Shown here: positions 32,787 to 43,363 of the stretch, piece by piece
How positions within the stretch are numbered: position 1 is the stretch's first letter
How the letters are laid out: each line of letters begins with the position of its first letter
NCBI GenBank assembly: GCA_038144195.1
Contig: JAYQNH010000001.1
Coordinates: 39,295-103,294, forward strand
Reading direction: 5' to 3'
Source of the DNA: Gammaproteobacteria bacterium
GTDB lineage: Bacteria; Pseudomonadota; Gammaproteobacteria; Chromatiales; Chromatiaceae
Length of the DNA stretch: 64,000 nucleotides
Notes under the pieces: model-generated
Database searches by the model: none
Told to the model about the DNA's origin: nothing
What the model saw: the letters and a program-made list of their open reading frames with translations, nothing else
Position numbers and translations under genes: made by a program

Positions 32787-33730
32787 GTGGCTAATAGCAG
32801 CGATTCTGGCGCCAAAGTGCAGTATCTGACCGTGGACGAGAACGCTGAAGGCCAGCGTATCGATAACTTTTTGATGGCACGACTAAAGGGTGTACCCAAA
32901 AGTTGGGTGTACCGTGTTTTGCGTAAAGGTGAGGTGCGCGTCAATAAAGGGCGAGCAAAGCCCACCCGAAAACTCGAGATTGGTGATGAGGTCCGCGTAC
33001 CACCGGTGCGTCGCTCGGACGACAAAGCCCTTATCCCAGGTGCGGGTATGCAGCAGGCGATCACCGACAACATTCTTTATGAAGATGACCTGCTCCTGAT
33101 TGTGAACAAACCGTCGGGTATGGCGGTGCATGGTGGCAGTGGTGTGTCGCATGGGGTAATCGAAGCGCTGCGTGCAGCTCGCCCCGAAGCTAAATTTTTA
33201 GAACTCGCGCATCGACTCGACCGCGATACCTCCGGTTGTCTGATGTTGGCGAAAAAACGCAGTGCGCTAAAAGAGCTGCAACGATTGCAGGTGACCAATC
33301 AGGTCGATAAACGCTATCAAGCTTTATTAGATGGTCGTTGGCGCAAGGGAAAGCAGACGGTGGATGTGCCGCTGCAGAAAAACACCCTGAAATCTGGCGA
33401 GCGTATGGTGCGGGTTGATCCTGAAGGAAAAAGGCGATCACCCATTTCACGGTGCTGCAGCATTTCAGCTCATCGACCTTGGTTGAGGCCAAACTGGAAA
33501 CGGGTCGGACGCATCAAATCCGTGTGCATGCGCAATATGCTGGCACGCCCATTGTCGGCGATAACAAATACGAAACACCTGAAGCCTTGGCTTACTGGAA
33601 TGAGCAGGGCGCAAAACGGTTGTTTTTACATGCTTGGCGTTTGAGCTTCCCGTGGGAAGGTAAGCGTTTTCAGATTGAAGCGCCGCTGCCGGCTGAGTTG
33701 CAATCTGTTTTAGAAGGAATTGCTGAATGA
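32787..33730 (+). CDS. rluC: 23S rRNA pseudouridine synthase, RluC type (RluA family with an S4 domain). One frame break.
   Basis: The catalytic motif is HRLDRDTSG. The break is at the A5 run 33428-33432, and the shifted frame gives [33 protein letters not shown]. Confidence 0.85.
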
Positions 33731-34380
33731 AACCTTATGATCTGATCGTGTTTGACTGGGATGGCACGGTGATGGATTCGGAGCATCGCATCGTGACCTG
33801 TATGCAACGTGCCGGTGCGGATACTTTATCGAGTATTCCGACCGATGCGGAAGTGCGCGAGATTATCGGCTTAGGCATGCAAGAAGCGGTGGCGCGCTTG
33901 TGGCCAGAAGCTGATGATGATGCTGTGCAAAAGATTATCGAGGCTTACCGTGTGCATTGGTTGGGTGATCAGATCCCAGACTCTGAGTTATTTGAAGGTG
34001 CAACAGAAACCATTGAGGCGCTGACTGATCGCGGTTATCTGTTAGCGGTGGCAACCGGTAAAAGTCGTCGTGGGTTAGATCGCGTACTCGATGAGAGTGG
34101 CTTAGGTCGATACTTTCACATGACACGATGTGCGGATGAAGCGCATTCAAAACCGCATCCACAAATGTTGCAGGACATTTTGACCGACCTGAACACGGAA
34201 CCGAACAAGGCGCTTGTGGTCGGAGATACTGAATACGATATTCAAATGGCCGCTAATGCCAAGGTTGATGCCGTTGGTGTTAGCTATGGTGCGCATGATC
34301 AACAACGTCTAATTGATTGTGGCGCAAAAACAATTCTTCACTCTCTAACTGAATTGATTGATTGGTTAGAAACGCAGTAA
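33727..34380 (+). CDS. HAD-IA family hydrolase (phosphoglycolate-phosphatase-like).
   Basis: Intact ORF with the DxDxT motif FDWDGT and the distal GDTEYD. It occupies the same position as the HAD gene after rluC in Pseudomonas (from memory). Confidence 0.75.
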   Translation: MKPYDLIVFDWDGTVMDSEHRIVTCMQRAGADTLSSIPTDAEVREIIGLGMQEAVARLWPEADDDAVQKIIEAYRVHWLGDQIPDSELFEGATETIEALTDRGYLLAVATGKSRRGLDRVLDESGLGRYFHMTRCADEAHSKPHPQMLQDILTDLNTEPNKALVVGDTEYDIQMAANAKVDAVGVSYGAHDQQRLIDCGAKTILHSLTELIDWLETQ

Positions 34381-34390
34381 TAGGTGATGT

Positions 34391-35343
34391 ATGTCTGAAC
34401 AACATGATGATCAATGGTCAAAGAAGCTGATTAAAGAGTTAGCAACCGATGCGCTTAAAGAGCGTCGTCGTTCACGTCGCTGGGGCATCTTCTTTAAGAC
34501 CTTAACCTTCGCTTATCTGATTGGTTTGTTGTATGTCGCAATGCCCGACACCTTTGATTTTGATGATGAAGCATGGCAAAGAAAGATCATGTGGCTATGG
34601 TCGACCTTGAAGGCGAGATCAGTACCGAAGAAGGTGAGAATGCCGAAGGTGTGGTGAAAGGTCTGCGTGCTGCTTATAAAGATGATCACACCAAAGCGAT
34701 CATTATTCGTATCAACAGCCCAGGTGGTTTGCCAGTACAAGCGAGCTACATGCAAAAAGAGATCAAGCGTTTAAAAGCTAAGCATCCTGATATCCCTGTG
34801 TATGCGGTGGTGCAAGACATGGCAGCATCAGGTGGTTATTACGTGGCAGCGGCGGCGGATAAGATTTATGTCAATGAGTCGAGCTTAGTGGGTTCGATCG
34901 GTGTGATCATGAACGGCTTTGGCTTTACCGATGCGATGGATAAGTTAGGCATCGAGCGTCGCATGCTAACTGCAGGTAAGAACAAAGGCATCCTTGATCC
35001 ATTCAGCCCCATGAGTGATGAGCAACGTGCGCATGCACAAGCTACATTGAATGAATTACACGAGACCTTTATTAATGTAGTGAAAGAAGGTCGTGGTGAT
35101 CGTTTAAGTGATGATCCTGATCTGTTCTCAGGTCTTTTCTGGTCTGGCAAGAAAGCCATTGAATTAGGTCTTGCAGATGATATCGGCAGTGCGGGAACGG
35201 TAGCGCGCGATGTGATTGGTATCGATGTGGTGAAGAACTTCACACCTGAGCAAGATCCGATCGAGCGTTTAGCGCAGCGCTTTGGTGCATCCGTCGGGCA
35301 GGGTTTGGGTAAGGTGTTTGGCGGAAATTTATCCATTAAATAA
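34391..35343 (+). CDS. sppA: S49-family signal peptide peptidase (SppA 36K/SohB type). One frame break.
   Basis: ORFs 34391..34657 (TM anchor) and 34573..35343, with INSPGG and the Ser-nucleophile region MAASGGYY. The break is near 34570. Confidence 0.8.
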
Positions 35344-35360
35344 CAATGACTTATATGATT

Positions 35361-35387
35361 AAAGCGGCCATATGGGCCGCTTTTTTT
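35361..35387 (+). terminator. Rho-independent terminator after sppA.
   Basis: aaagcggcc atat gggccgc is followed by T7. Confidence 0.7.
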
Positions 35388-35412
35388 ATGCCTTATGTTA
35401 GAAAAATGACTT

Positions 35413-35434
35413 CTGTCACAGAGCTGTCACATTG
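35413..35434 (+). promoter_or_regulatory. Pho box (PhoB binding site) upstream of pstS.
   Basis: CTGTCACagagCTGTCACattg is two direct CTGTCAC heptamers with 11-bp periodicity, matching the E. coli consensus CTGTCATA(A/T)A(T/A)CTGTCA(C/T). It lies about 100 nt upstream of the pstS ATG. Confidence 0.7.
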
Positions 35435-35534
35435 CCCATGCACACTTCTCATCACTGAATAGGGCAGTTTCACAAGAGAGGCTGCACTTAAGTGAAATGA
35501 CATTGTGTCTTAATCCATTAAGGAGTTTTCTTAG

Positions 35535-36659
35535 ATGAAAAATTCAATCATGTTGGCAGCGGCTTCGGCAATTGCGCTATCAAGTGTTAACTCAGTAGCT
35601 CTGGCCCGTGATCACGTTGAGATTGTCGGTTCTTCAACGGTATATCCCTTTGCAACAGTTGTTGCAGAACAGTACGGTCGTAAATCAGGCAGCACCCCAA
35701 AAATTGAATCAACCGGTTCAGGCGGTGGCTTGAAGTTATTCTGTAATGGCATGGGTGCAAATACACCTGACATCACCAATGCATCTCGCCGTATTAAGCA
35801 ATCTGAGATAGACAAGTGTGCCAAGAACGGTATTAAGGACATTATTGAGGTTCGTATTGGATACGACGGTATCGTGGTTGCGAACTCAAAACAGGGCGCT
35901 AAGTTTGATTTGACTACAAAAGACTTAGCGTTAGCACTAGCTAAACAGGTGCCCGGTAAAGATGGCAAGTTGATTGATAACCCTTACAACAACTGGTCGG
36001 ATGTCCGTAAAGGCCTTCCAAATCTTGCAATTGAAGTATTAGGTCCACCACCATCATCTGGTACGCGTGATGCATTTGTTGAGTTGGCTTTAGAGTCTGG
36101 CCTTAAATCTTATGCTGATTTTAAAGCGTTACGTGGTTCTAAAGATGAAGCTGAAATCAAAGTCTTGATGGAAAAGCTGGGCATTCCTGCTTCTGCCTTT
36201 AATAATAAAGGTAAAAAAGTCTTTAAGAAAGTTGCGCATGCAATTCGTGAAGACGGCAAGTACATCGAAATGGGTGAGAATGACAATCTGATCATTCAGA
36301 AGTTGATTGCAAATCCAAATGCATTAGGTGTGTTTGGCTTCTCATTCCTTGATCAGAATGCGGACAAAATCCAAGGTGCCCCGATTAACGGGCAAGAGCC
36401 TACCTTTGAGGCAATTGCTGATAGCTCTTACCCCATCTCGCGTCCACTGCAGTTTTATGTAAAGAAGGCACACGTGGGTAAGATCCCAGGTATTGATGGG
36501 TTCCTAGCTGAGTTCACTTCTGAGAAAGCATTTGGTGAGGAAGGGTACTTGTCAGATAAGGGTTTGATCCCAATGCCAGCGGCAGAGCGCGAGTGTAACC
36601 GTGCGGCTGCAACCCAATTGATTCCGATGAAAGGTAATGCCTACGCGTGTGCTAAGTAA
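35535..36659 (+). CDS. pstS: Phosphate ABC transporter substrate-binding protein.
   Basis: Intact 374-aa ORF with a signal peptide and VEIVGSSTVYPFATVVAE...TGSGGG, typical of PstS-family PBPs. An RBS aaggag precedes it. Confidence 0.9.
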   Translation: MKNSIMLAAASAIALSSVNSVALARDHVEIVGSSTVYPFATVVAEQYGRKSGSTPKIESTGSGGGLKLFCNGMGANTPDITNASRRIKQSEIDKCAKNGIKDIIEVRIGYDGIVVANSKQGAKFDLTTKDLALALAKQVPGKDGKLIDNPYNNWSDVRKGLPNLAIEVLGPPPSSGTRDAFVELALESGLKSYADFKALRGSKDEAEIKVLMEKLGIPASAFNNKGKKVFKKVAHAIREDGKYIEMGENDNLIIQKLIANPNALGVFGFSFLDQNADKIQGAPINGQEPTFEAIADSSYPISRPLQFYVKKAHVGKIPGIDGFLAEFTSEKAFGEEGYLSDKGLIPMPAAERECNRAAATQLIPMKGNAYACAK

Positions 36660-36680
36660 TCTGAATTGATAATCAGTAGA

Positions 36681-36714
36681 ATGATGGTCGACCTTATCGT
36701 CGGCCATCATTTTT
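36681..36714 (+). terminator. Hairpin plus T-run between pstS and pstC (a likely partial terminator/attenuator).
   Basis: atgatggtcgac cttatc gtcggccatcat is followed by tttt. Confidence 0.55.
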
Positions 36715-36734
36715 GTGTGTAAGTAGATTTATTT

Positions 36735-38123
36735 ATGTCATTGTCCGTCTTAATTGCCTTTGTGTTGATGATTATGGCCTTGGGTTATCACTTGGGCCGT
36801 AAACGTGCGCTGGTGGCCGTTGACGGTGTCAAGGGCGTTCGGTTTTTGCACTCTTTACCGAATTACTACGGGTTATATGTGCTGATGTGGGCTGCACTGC
36901 CTGCGGTAATCGTCATGCTGATATGGGGGTTGGTGCAAGAGAGTGTCTTGACGTCAATTCTGCTGTCACACATGCCATCTGAGTTGACAGCCGTCTCTGC
37001 AGACCGACTCAGCTTGTTAGCCACAACGATTAAGAATGTAGCGCTAGGTAAAATTACTGCGGGTGAGATAACGCCTGCGATGCAAGCGGCTGCAGATGAG
37101 TATTCTCGTTATTTACAGACGGCTGAATTAGCTAAATCGGGTTTAACGCTGACGTTAGCCACGTTATTAGGCTGGGTAGCATGGCGAAAGATTAATCCAA
37201 AGATGCGTGCGCGTAATCGCGTCGAGGGGATTGTTAAAGCCTTATTAATTCTCTCATCAGCTATCGCCATCCTTACTACCGTCGGTATTGTTTTCTCAGT
37301 GCTCTTTGAATCAATTAGATTCTTTGAAAAGGTGCCATTCTTTGACTTTGTCTTTGGTCTTGAGTGGAGTCCACAAACCGCAATCCGAGCAGATCAAGTC
37401 GGCTCTGAAGGTTTGTTTGGTTCAGTACCGCTATTCGCCGGAACGATGTTGATCTCATTGATTGCGATGACGGTTGCTGTACCCATTGGTTTGATGTCAG
37501 CGATTTATCTTGCTGAATATGCAGGACCAAAGGTACGTGCTTACGCAAAACCGATACTTGAGATCTTGGCAGGTATTCCAACGGTCGTTTATGGCTTCTT
37601 TGCTGCGCTTACAGTGGCGCCAGCGATTCGTGATTTCGGTGTGGATCTGGGCTTAAGTGTTTCGTCTGAAAGTGCTTTAGCCGCTGGTTTGGTAATGGGC
37701 GTGATGATTATTCCGTTTATCTCATCATTATCTGATGACGTCATTAATGCCGTGCCACAATCTTTGCGAGATGCTGCGTATGGTTTGGGCTCGACTCGAT
37801 CGGAGACGATAAAACAGGTCATTATCCCTGCGGCATTGCCAGGCATTATGGGCGGTGTTCTTTTAGCAGTTTCTCGCGCTATTGGTGAAACGATGATCGT
37901 GGTGATGGCAGCTGGCTTGAGCGCCAACCTAACCGCGAATCCTTTAGAAGCAGTAACAACGGTGACAGTTCAGATCGTTACGTTGCTGACCGGTGACCAA
38001 GAGTTCGATAGTGCTAAGACCTTGGCAGCGTTTGCCTTGGGATTGATGTTGTTTGTTACGACCTTGGCATTAAATATTGTGGCGTTACGTATCGTGCGTA
38101 AATACCGTGAGCAATATGATTAA
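36735..38123 (+). CDS. pstC: Phosphate ABC transporter permease PstC (long form).
   Basis: Intact 462-aa ORF with the EAA-loop region LRDAAYGLGSTRSETIKQVIIPAALPG. Confidence 0.9.
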   Translation: MSLSVLIAFVLMIMALGYHLGRKRALVAVDGVKGVRFLHSLPNYYGLYVLMWAALPAVIVMLIWGLVQESVLTSILLSHMPSELTAVSADRLSLLATTIKNVALGKITAGEITPAMQAAADEYSRYLQTAELAKSGLTLTLATLLGWVAWRKINPKMRARNRVEGIVKALLILSSAIAILTTVGIVFSVLFESIRFFEKVPFFDFVFGLEWSPQTAIRADQVGSEGLFGSVPLFAGTMLISLIAMTVAVPIGLMSAIYLAEYAGPKVRAYAKPILEILAGIPTVVYGFFAALTVAPAIRDFGVDLGLSVSSESALAAGLVMGVMIIPFISSLSDDVINAVPQSLRDAAYGLGSTRSETIKQVIIPAALPGIMGGVLLAVSRAIGETMIVVMAAGLSANLTANPLEAVTTVTVQIVTLLTGDQEFDSAKTLAAFALGLMLFVTTLALNIVALRIVRKYREQYD

Positions 38124-38132
38124 GAGGCCGAT

Positions 38133-39443
38133 ATGAGTGATTCAATAGATAGTTTAGCGGCCTCAACTAAAGCGATTCATAAAGTTGAGCATTCACTTAA
38201 GCGTCGTCGCGTGCAAGAGCAGCGATTTAAGCGACTGGGGTTGTTTGCTGTATTACTGGGCTTGTCGTTTGTGGCTTTGCTTTTCATCAACATTGTAAGT
38301 AAAGGCTACAGTGCCTTTGTTGCTACGCACATCGCGATTGAGGTTAACTTTTCGCAAGAGGTTCTCGATCCAGCTGGTTCCCGTGACCTAAAAGTCATTG
38401 GTAATGCGGATTATCGACAGTTGTATCGTGAACCCTTACGAGCATTATTTCCTGATGTTTCAGGTCGTAAAGACAAACGTGAGTTATATCGGATGATTAG
38501 CTCATCAGCAGATTTTAGTTTGCGCGATATGGTGTTAGCTGATTCAGCCTTGATTGGACCAAACCAAAACAATTTGGCTTTTAGCTGATGATGAAATCGA
38601 TATGGCATTCAAAGGCACTTTGTCGCGAGAACTGCCGGAGTCCGAAAGGCCTGTGAGCGACAAAGAGTTTGCGTGGATTGATCAACTTAAATCACAAGGG
38701 AAAATTGACATTCTTTTTCAACTGGGGCTTCTTTACCAATGGTGATTCTCGTGAGCCAGAGCAGGCCGGTATTGGCGGTGCGATTGCAGGCTCATTTTAT
38801 ACCTTGCTTATTACTTTGATGCTGTCCTTCCCAATTGGTGTGGCTGCTGCGGTTTATCTTGAGGAGTTTGCACCAACCAATAAATGGACTGACATGATCG
38901 AGGTAAATATCAATAACCTCGCGGCTGTGCCATCGATTGTGTTTGGCTTGCTCGGTTTGGCGATGTTTATCAACTTCTTTGGTATGCCGCGTTCGGCGCC
39001 TTTGGTTGGTGGCTTAGTGCTGACCTTAATGACATTGCCAACCATCATTATTGCGAGTCGTGCAGCACTTAAATCTGTGCCGCCTTCAATTCGAGAGGCG
39101 GCTTTGGGGATTAGGTGCTTCACGTATGCAAACGGTGACTCACCATGTGTTGCCTTTAGCCTTGCCCGGAATGTTGACCGGCACCATTATCGGTATGGCG
39201 CAAGCGTTAGGTGAGAGCGCGCCTTTGCTGATGATCGGTATGGTGGCTTTCATTGTTGATATTCCATCAGGCCCGATGGATCCAGCGACTGTATTGCCGG
39301 TTCAGGTGTTTTTGTGGGCGGATAGTCCTGAGCGAGCATTTGTTGAGAAAACATCTGCAGCGATTATGGTGCTGCTCGGCTTCTTGATTTTAATGAATTT
39401 AATTGCGGTATTACTGCGACGTCGTTTTGAGCGTCGTTGGTAA
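38133..39443 (+). CDS. pstA: Phosphate ABC transporter permease PstA (long form). Three frame breaks.
   Basis: ORFs 38133..38588, 38554..38745, 38669..39214 and 39051..39443 are colinear pieces. The breaks lie near 38560, 38712 and 39112. The EAA loop is [27 protein letters not shown]. Confidence 0.85.
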
Positions 39444-40280
39444 GTCATACGCCTGTTGAGGATAGTCCTTTGGATAAAGAATTAACGTCTGACTTCAAAA
39501 CAATCGGAAATGTTCGGAGTAAAAAGCCGCGCATGAGTGCTACCGATGTGAATGTCTATTACGGTGATAAGCATGCCATTCAAAACGTTTCACTGGATGT
39601 GGGTGAGGGTGAAGTCTTGGCAATGATCGGTCCGTCTGGCTGTGGTAAGTCAACCTTCTTGCGAACGCTAAACCGTATGAATGACACCATTGATATCTGT
39701 CGAGTGACAGGTGATATTCGTTTGGATGGTGAAGATATCTACGATGATGAAACGGACCCTGTGTTGCTGCGCGCACGCGTGGGCATGGTGTTTCAAAAGC
39801 CAAATCCATTCCCAAAATCGATCTACGACAATATTGCCTATGGGCCACGTATTCATGGCTTAGCGTCGAACAACGAAGAACTCGACGAAATTGTTGAAAG
39901 CTGTTTGAAAAAAGCCGGTTTATGGAAAGAGGTTAAAGATCGTTTGGATGCGCCGGGCACAGGGCTATCGGGTGGTCAGCAGCAGCGTTTATGTATCGCC
40001 CGCGCTATTGCGGTTTCGCCAGAAGTGATTTTGATGGATGAGCCATGTTCAGCGCTCGATCCAATAGCAACAGCGAAGGTCGAAGAGTTGATTGATGAGC
40101 TTCGTCAAAACTACAGCATTGCAATTGTTACTCACTCAATGCAACAAGCAGCGCGAGTGTCACAAAAAACAGCTTATTTTCATTTAGGGACATTTGGTTG
40201 AGGTGGGTGAGACCGAGCAGATCTTTACCAACCCTCGCCATTCATTAACAGAAGACTACATTACGGGGCGTTTCGGATAA
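39437..40280 (+). CDS. pstB: Phosphate ABC transporter ATPase. One frame break near the 3' end, and the start codon is uncertain.
   Basis: Motifs are GPSGCGKST and [15 protein letters not shown]. An extra a near 40190 is present, and the shifted frame gives [29 protein letters not shown], ending at 40280. Confidence 0.9.
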
Positions 40281-40284
40281 GCCA

Positions 40285-40989
40285 ATGGCATCGACACACG
40301 TTTTAGTTGTTGAAGATGAATCATCAGTACGAGAGTTGCTGGGTTCAACGCTGAGTACAGCTGGCTTTCAGGTGAGCTTTGCACCTGATGGTTTGAGTGC
40401 GCGTAATTGGTTGGACGAAAACGTACCCGATATTGCATTGATTGATTGGATGATGCCGGGTTTGTCTGGTTTGGATCTGACGCACTGGATGAAGCGCGAC
40501 GAGCGCTTAGCGGATATTCCTATCATTATGTTAACGGCGCGTGATGGCGAAGATTATAAAGTTCAAGGTCTAGAAGCGGGTGTTGATGATTATGTCACCA
40601 AGCCTTTCTCAACCCGCGAGTTAGTCGCTCGTGTTAAAGCGGTCATGCGTCGGAGCGGTCAGGAAGAAGATGTCTTGCTTCATTTTGATAATGGTTTGGA
40701 ATTGGACCATGTTCAGCATCGAGTGACCTACCAGTCGCGTCCGATTTATATTGGTCCGACAGAATTTAAGCTGCTTAAATTTTTTATGAGTCACCCTGAA
40801 CGTGTGTATAGCCGAACACAGTTGCTTGATCTCGTTTGGGGTCGAAATGTCTATATTGAGGAGCGTACGGTAGATGTTCATATTCGTCGTTTACGTAAAG
40901 CGCTCTCTGTAGAACACATTGAAGAACTTATCCAAACCGTACGTGGCGTAGGTTACCGCTTCTCTGAAAAACAGGATGGTGCAGCATGA
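40285..40989 (+). CDS. phoB: Phosphate regulon response regulator.
   Basis: Intact ORF with a receiver domain (VLVVEDE, IDWMMPGLSG, KPF) and an OmpR-type winged helix (TVDVHIRRLRKAL, VRGVGYRF). Confidence 0.9.
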   Translation: MASTHVLVVEDESSVRELLGSTLSTAGFQVSFAPDGLSARNWLDENVPDIALIDWMMPGLSGLDLTHWMKRDERLADIPIIMLTARDGEDYKVQGLEAGVDDYVTKPFSTRELVARVKAVMRRSGQEEDVLLHFDNGLELDHVQHRVTYQSRPIYIGPTEFKLLKFFMSHPERVYSRTQLLDLVWGRNVYIEERTVDVHIRRLRKALSVEHIEELIQTVRGVGYRFSEKQDGAA

Positions 40990-42280
40990 TGCGTAACTGG
41001 GTCTCAGAAGAGTTCACGCGATTATTTTGGGTGCTTTGCGTTGGTGGTGTTTATGGGCTGGCTACTTGGCTATTCTTTGATCGGATTGTTTATTGCTGTT
41101 GTCGCTTACCTTGCTTATGTGGTTAATCAGCTCATTCGAGTGAATCGATGGATTTCGCAACCTAAACGATATGATATCCCTGCCGGCTTTGGTTTATGGG
41201 GCGCTGTTTATACAAATGTTAAGCGCTTAAAGAGCCGGTCAAAGAAACGTGAGCGATATCTGAAAAAACGTCTTGCGGAATATCAGGCGCCAGCGTTAGC
41301 ACTACCAGATGCCGCAATAGCACTCAATCAACGGGGTGAGATCCGATGGATGAATGGAGCGGCGGAAAATTTATTTAACCTGAATGCTAAGTCGGATGTG
41401 GGTGAGAACTTTGCCAATTTGGTTCGATTGCCGCAGTTAGTGGATTATTTAAAGACAGCTGATTATTCAGAAGATCTACAGGTCACTTTGCCGGGGCTGA
41501 TTGAGAAAACCTTGCTTATTCGTGTAGCGAAATATGGAAAAGGGCAGTTAGTGCTATTGGCTCAGGATATTTCAGCTCGCATTCGCGCTGAACAATCGAA
41601 GCGTGATTTTGTTGCAAATGTGTCACATGAGTTACGTACGCCGCTGACGGTCATCAGTGGCTACTTAGAAAACATGATCGATTCTGGTGAGATCCCAGAG
41701 TCGTTTGAGCGTCCATTAACCTTAATGGAGCAACAATCTCTTCGGATGCGTCACATCATCGAAGATCTCCTTACGCTTGCCAAACTCGATGGCGCTAAAG
41801 CTGATATGGAGGAAGTAATTGATGTGCCGGCATTGTGTGAGAAATCTGTCGCTGAGGCGCGTGCCATATCGGGTGAGCATGAATTTAAGTTAGCCATGCT
41901 TACGCAACAGAAAATGTATGGTGATGTTAAGCAGATTCATATGTTGCTATCGAATCTATTAACTAATGCGATTAAATATTCTGGCGCAGAAGGATTGATA
42001 ACGATTTCTTGGCAAAAAGAACACCAGGGTTATCGTCTTTCAGTGACTGATTCGGGTGAAGGTATTGCGCCTCAACATTTGTCGCGCCTTAACCGAGCGT
42101 TTTTATCGTGTGGATAAAGACCGGTCACGTGACCAAGGCGGCACAGGTTTGGGTTTAGCTATTGTTGACTCAATTCTGCAGCAGCATGATGCACATCTTA
42201 CCGTTGAAAGTGAAATTGGAGTTGGCAGTACCTTTAATTGCCACTTCCCAGAATCTCGTGGTGTTACAACTAATACCTAA
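40986..42280 (+). CDS. phoR: Phosphate regulon sensor histidine kinase. Two frame breaks.
   Basis: The ATG overlaps the phoB stop (ATGA). The H-box is [10 protein letters not shown], the N-box is [13 protein letters not shown] and the G-box is [10 protein letters not shown]. The breaks lie near 41040 and 42100. Confidence 0.85.
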
Positions 42281-42304
42281 TTAATAAGGCATACAGGATT
42301 TATT

Positions 42305-43018
42305 ATGAATGGAATAACAGATCACACGTCGTCATCTTTTAATTCTGACATAGAGCATGTTCGTTCTTCGGTTCTAGAAATGGGCGGGCTGATTGAGTCG
42401 CAATTAGATAAAGCAATAACGGCTTTACGCGACTCCAATATTGCCTTGGCAGAAGAGGTTGTTGTTAATGACGCACAAATCAATCGTTACGATGTAATCA
42501 TTGATGAAGGCTGTACGCGAATTTTTGCACTGCGTGCGCCAGCAGCAGGTGACTTACGCTTGGTTCAAACTGTATTAAGAACGACGACAGACCTTGAGCG
42601 TATTGGGGACGAGATAAAGCGAGTTGCCAAGATGGCTATTAAAAACTCAAAAGGTGCAGCAGATGCGAGCTTGTATAACCGAGTTGAGCATTTAGGTAAT
42701 TCAGTAAAAGCGACCCTTAATCGTGCATTAGATGCCTTTGCGCGTATGGATGTTAATGCGGCGATTGAGGTTGCAGGTGAAGATAAACGAATTGATCAAG
42801 AATACGAAAGTATGATGCGTCAGTTAATGACCTACATGATGGAGGATCCTCGTTCGATTCCACGTATCCTCGATATTATGTGGGCAGCGCGTTCTCTAGA
42901 GCGGATTGGCGATCGTTGTCAAAATATCTGCGAATACATTATCTACTTCGTTAAAGGTAAAGACGTTCGCCACACCAGCTTGGATAGCATTCGTGCTGAA
43001 TTTGGCGATGATGCCTAA
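42305..43018 (+). CDS. phoU: Phosphate signalling complex protein PhoU.
   Basis: Intact 237-aa ORF with two PhoU repeats (DLERIGDE and SLERIGDRCQNICE). Confidence 0.9.
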   Translation: MNGITDHTSSSFNSDIEHVRSSVLEMGGLIESQLDKAITALRDSNIALAEEVVVNDAQINRYDVIIDEGCTRIFALRAPAAGDLRLVQTVLRTTTDLERIGDEIKRVAKMAIKNSKGAADASLYNRVEHLGNSVKATLNRALDAFARMDVNAAIEVAGEDKRIDQEYESMMRQLMTYMMEDPRSIPRILDIMWAARSLERIGDRCQNICEYIIYFVKGKDVRHTSLDSIRAEFGDDA

Positions 43019-43077
43019 ACCGATTGGGTTGATTGCTGACTAGATCGTGTTGCGGTGAGGCTAGCTGACGTTTGGTT

Positions 43078-43099
43078 TTGTCATATTCTTGTCATTTGA
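43078..43099 (+). promoter_or_regulatory. Candidate Pho box upstream of the small ORF at 43139.
   Basis: TTGTCATattcTTGTCATttga has two direct heptamers with an 11-bp period. A -10-like tatttt follows about 7 nt downstream. Confidence 0.55.
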
Positions 43100-43138
43100 T
43101 GCAGCTATTTTGAATCAAATATCCGATCAGGTGAGAAA

Positions 43139-43324
43139 ATGACAGTAAAAACACATAACTCTGATGCCAAATTGCAGAGAAAAGATCTCAATGAAGAAGC
43201 TGTGTATCTAGAAGAGCGTATCAAGCAAATGGGCTTTGAAGGCGATTGTGCCTATGAGCGTGCAATGTATACCTTCTATCTGGATCGTCTTTGCGAGCTT
43301 CGTTCTCAAATGACCGTTAATTGA
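43139..43324 (+). CDS. Small hypothetical protein (61 aa), possibly Pho-regulated.
   Basis: Intact ORF with ggtgag before the ATG. The sequence is MTVKTHNSDAKLQRKDLNEEAVYLEERIKQMGFEGDCAYERAMYTFYLDRLCELRSQMTVN. I recognise no family. Confidence 0.5.
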   Translation: MTVKTHNSDAKLQRKDLNEEAVYLEERIKQMGFEGDCAYERAMYTFYLDRLCELRSQMTVN

Positions 43325-43363
43325 TATCAATAGATATTGCGGCTATCCATGTCGGATAGAAAA

